IMG/VR virus record: IMGVR_UViG_3300009428_000006
Coordinates: 11,238 to 75,237 of that record
DNA from: a virus
Direction: 5' to 3' (one strand)
Length of the DNA stretch: 64,000 nt
The position numbers and the translations under genes were made by a program. Of the stretch, positions 61,221 to 64,000 are shown piece after piece. The stretch's first letter is position 1. Every line of letters begins with the position of its first letter. A model generated the notes under the pieces. That model had not been told where the DNA came from. It saw nothing but the letters and a program-made list of their open reading frames with translations, and searched no databases.

Positions 61221-61490
61221 ATGCTAAAGCTTACTAAAGCTAACTACACATTTGCAGCAAAGCACGGATTACAATTAGACGTAAATATTGAAGATGGTAA
61301 TGTATTAATCTTTGTTCAAGGTGAAGAGGAGAACTTAATAGAATACATGTTCAATGCAGACCGCGATCAACTCACTTTTAAGTTTCAAGTGTACGGCAAC
61401 AAGATCGAAGATTTACCAGCGCACATTGATGACACTAAACAATTCAACCAAGTTATTAAGTTCATTGGCTCACAACTAGAAACACTTTGA
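61221..61490 (+). CDS. early hypothetical protein
   Basis: Promoter and AGGA RBS. Confidence 0.65.
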   Translation: MLKLTKANYTFAAKHGLQLDVNIEDGNVLIFVQGEEENLIEYMFNADRDQLTFKFQVYGNKIEDLPAHIDDTKQFNQVIKFIGSQLETL

Positions 61491-61690
61491 GGAGGGATCT
61501 TATGTATCTTCTTTATGACGAGTTAAGAGAATCAAATCAGGATGTTAAAATATATTGTCGCACACTAGGTGGTGATTACTATACTGCAACTTGGTTTGCT
61601 CTTAATCCTTTATGGAGCAATGAATATTTTTGGTTTATTGAAAAACTAGGGAGCGAAGAGCTAAGACAGAGCACAATGTTAGAGTTTTAG
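61487..61690 (+). CDS. hypothetical protein (true start probably ATG 61502)
   Basis: GAGGAGG RBS; followed by terminator AGCCCTC-ccatt-GAGGGCT-TTTT. Confidence 0.55.
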   Translation: MRRDLMYLLYDELRESNQDVKIYCRTLGGDYYTATWFALNPLWSNEYFWFIEKLGSEELRQSTMLEF

Positions 61691-61750
61691 ACACTATCAA
61701 AAGTAACCAGCCCTCCCATTGAGGGCTTTTTCATGCCTGTAATAAACATC

Positions 61751-62195
61751 TTTGCTATGCAACTATGCTATGCGTTCCTCTATGTGATTCTAAGACGTCT
61801 TAAAACCTACCCGCTGCCATTGTATTACTTATATGGCGATCGCTGCTTAGAGTGCTTGTGAGTGGCTTATATTGGACAATTTGATGGAATCATACGGGGG
61901 GTACGGGTCTATATTTTCACTTAACCCTCTTGTAAAACTAGCACTACTTTTGACTATGTTAATACTCCCACCACCCTTTCTAATATTTTGTAGTAATTTT
62001 GCCTATGTTAACAGCTTATGATCCTTTCGAATATATAGGAAGATGGGGTCTTTTAAAATCAGCTATAAAATTTTTGCTATGAAAATGGGCTATGGAGCTT
62101 GGCTATAAGAGGTGGGCTATGTAAGAAGATGGTGTCTTTGAAAAATGGGGGTATAAAGATTTTCTGAAAAAATGGGGGTCTAGAAAAAGACCCTT
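61751..62195. repeat. non-coding repeat tract (CTATG/GCTAT, AAAATGGG, GAAGATGG.GTCTTT)
   Basis: Multiple short direct repeats plus GGGGGGTACGGG at 61896. Confidence 0.6.
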
Positions 62196-62212
62196 TAATA
62201 ATTTTGTAAATT

Positions 62213-62911
62213 TTAAGATTCTATTACCAGCTTAAATCTACCATCAATGTCTGGATGTACAGCTTGCGTCTTAGTTACAAACTCACACTCCTCTACAAAC
62301 CTTGTGAATAGTTTAGATACATCACTTGTGTACCAAACTGTGTAAGTAGCATTTCCTGCTTGTTCATGTGTGTTTCTTACCTGACCTGCTGGCTTAGGTG
62401 CATGGGGTGAACTATACAATACTTCATTCACTACACGAGGTGGTAGTTTGTATAACTTGTGCATACGTGCTCGGACAAATGTAATACCTTCTGCGTTAGT
62501 TGGTCTCTTAGGTAGTATTGCTGTGCTCTCTTTTAGTTGTTCAAACTTATCCTCTAGTAGAGCTTGATTATGTACAACTTGGTTAATACGTTTCTCTTGC
62601 TCTACTAGCGCCATCGCATTGTGTGCTATAATCTCCATTTGGGTCATCTGTGGCTCACTTTGGTTTTCAAGCTCTTGCCATCTGTCTACAATAAGTGCTG
62701 TAAATTCTGGACTATTTTGAGCTACAAGAATAAGACTATCCCTTTTAACTAATAGGTACTCGGTAAACTTGTTTCCTCTAGAGGTTTGAAATTCACACTC
62801 AGCCAACGGCTGACCGTTGTTTATTATTCCAGATGCTATGAGTCTTTCAGCACTACGCTTGATATCTGAGTGATTCTTGTTTAGAAGAGAAGCTATCTCT
62901 CTGCTGCTCAT
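62213..62911 (-). CDS. Rha-family phage regulatory protein (probable true start 62979, out of frame by 1 nt)
   Basis: MSSREIA..HSDIKRSAERL..EYLL.KRDSLILVAQNSPEFTALIVDRWQELE. Confidence 0.85.
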   Translation of the reverse strand: MSSREIASLLNKNHSDIKRSAERLIASGIINNGQPLAECEFQTSRGNKFTEYLLVKRDSLILVAQNSPEFTALIVDRWQELENQSEPQMTQMEIIAHNAMALVEQEKRINQVVHNQALLEDKFEQLKESTAILPKRPTNAEGITFVRARMHKLYKLPPRVVNEVLYSSPHAPKPAGQVRNTHEQAGNATYTVWYTSDVSKLFTRFVEECEFVTKTQAVHPDIDGRFKLVIES

Positions 62912-63017
62912 TGTTAGCTGTTTTGTTTCTAGGTTAAAACCTAAAGTTGTATTCTTTGTAGGTTTATTAACTCACCCATGTTTTTTTCTCCTTAATAATT
63001 CTTATAAAATTTTGACG

Positions 63018-63521
63018 TTACAAAAGGTGTTTTACATCGTTCAGATCATTCACACTTACCACCCGTTCCATAGTAGCCGTTTTGAAACCCTCTGTCAACC
63101 ATAATGGTAAATCGCCACCACACCAAACATTGTTGCTAGCTACTTCTTTACCATTAGGATAGGTGATCTTAAATACTGTCCCACCATGACCTAGATACTT
63201 TTCTTTTGAAAAACCATATGTCCCGATCGAATACATTGTTCTGTTATAGACGAATACATTACCTTTAGTGAAATCTTTCTCTAAACGTTCCTCCCATAGA
63301 TTACAGCCGAAGCAAAGTTGTTTCTCTACCATTACCTCATTGTTAGAGTAGTTTGCTGTCTCAGGACGCTTGCATTTGGTGCAGAGATAATAATCCTTAT
63401 TCTCATAATGCCAAAGGTTATGTTTTAAATCACTTTCAACATGTCGAGTACCTTCACCTACAGACTTTTGAAAATCTATGCAGTCTTCAAAGTCTTTAAT
63501 TACTTGTTCTTGTGTCTTCAT
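63018..63521 (-). CDS. hypothetical Zn-finger protein
   Basis: CxxC...CFGC..W and GHGG..F..SNNVWCGG motifs. Confidence 0.7.
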   Translation of the reverse strand: MKTQEQVIKDFEDCIDFQKSVGEGTRHVESDLKHNLWHYENKDYYLCTKCKRPETANYSNNEVMVEKQLCFGCNLWEERLEKDFTKGNVFVYNRTMYSIGTYGFSKEKYLGHGGTVFKITYPNGKEVASNNVWCGGDLPLWLTEGFKTATMERVVSVNDLNDVKHLL

Positions 63522-63886
63522 TTATCTTCCCCTACTAGCTTCATAAGCTTGGACCATTGTTGTGATTCTTGATCGTTACGTATTCTATAAAAACCATCAC
63601 TACTGAATTGTCCTAATTCCTTATCGGAGACCAGCCCTTTAAACTCTTTATATGCATCTGGAAATCCACATAAGAATGGCATGATTATAAAATATAAAGG
63701 TGATAGTGTCCAGAAGACTACCTTACCAAATAAACTAACATTGTAGTAAACAACGGCACTATCCTCTTGTAGATAGACATTTGCCACAACAAAAGGCCAC
63801 CTGCCTCTATGAGCAAAAACCTTGTTCCATTCCTTAATACTTACTTTGTAAAGCTTGCCTTCTGGTCTTTTATATTCATAACTCAT
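63518..63886 (-). CDS. hypothetical membrane protein
   Basis: AAGGAG RBS; hydrophobic segment. Confidence 0.65.
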   Translation of the reverse strand: MSYEYKRPEGKLYKVSIKEWNKVFAHRGRWPFVVANVYLQEDSAVVYYNVSLFGKVVFWTLSPLYFIIMPFLCGFPDAYKEFKGLVSDKELGQFSSDGFYRIRNDQESQQWSKLMKLVGEDK

Positions 63887-64000
63887 GACTTTTCTCCTTA
63901 TTTAATTTCTCATCCACAGCATCTTTTATAAATTGCAACACTTCTTCATCAAACCGGAATAACTCGTCAGGGCCACCATTTTCACAAAAGCAGTCAGAGG

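Overview
AT-rich 64-kb segment of a large lytic siphovirus-type dsDNA phage. The host is probably a marine gammaproteobacterium such as Vibrio (inferred from the ThyA type, the peptide deformylase and the Fur-box style). Layout: (1) 1-3.8 kb, + strand: GIY-YIG and HNH nucleases and about 1 kb of ORF-free, structure-rich DNA. (2) 3.8-35.5 kb, + strand: a full morphogenesis and lysis operon with TerS, TerL split by a group I intron carrying a broken HNH gene, portal, XkdF-like protease, scaffold, capsid, neck, tail tube, a -1 frameshifted chaperone, a tape measure gene with an in-frame amber codon, a lambda-like M/L/K/I/J tail tip, side fibre, holin, endolysin and spanin. (3) 35.5-49.8 kb, - strand: middle genes including a SleB hydrolase, SMC-like ATPase, HAD phosphatase, DHFR, ThyA, homing endonucleases, a SLOG protein, a metallophosphoesterase and a KTSC protein. 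(4) 49.9-61.9 kb, mostly + strand: an early host-takeover region of small promoter-gene cassettes, including an Ocr-like protein, tRNA-Arg(UCU), peptide deformylase and candidate ncRNA and origin. (5) 62.2-64 kb, - strand: a Rha-type regulator and hypothetical genes. The most unusual signal is non-coding. Two homologous modules lie 9,679 bp apart, each a conserved leader followed at exactly the same spacing by an array of Fur-box-like palindromes (about 13 in total). The second module also carries a sigma54 consensus site and is followed by three GATC-palindrome promoters. All protein calls are motif recognition by eye; no database searches were run.
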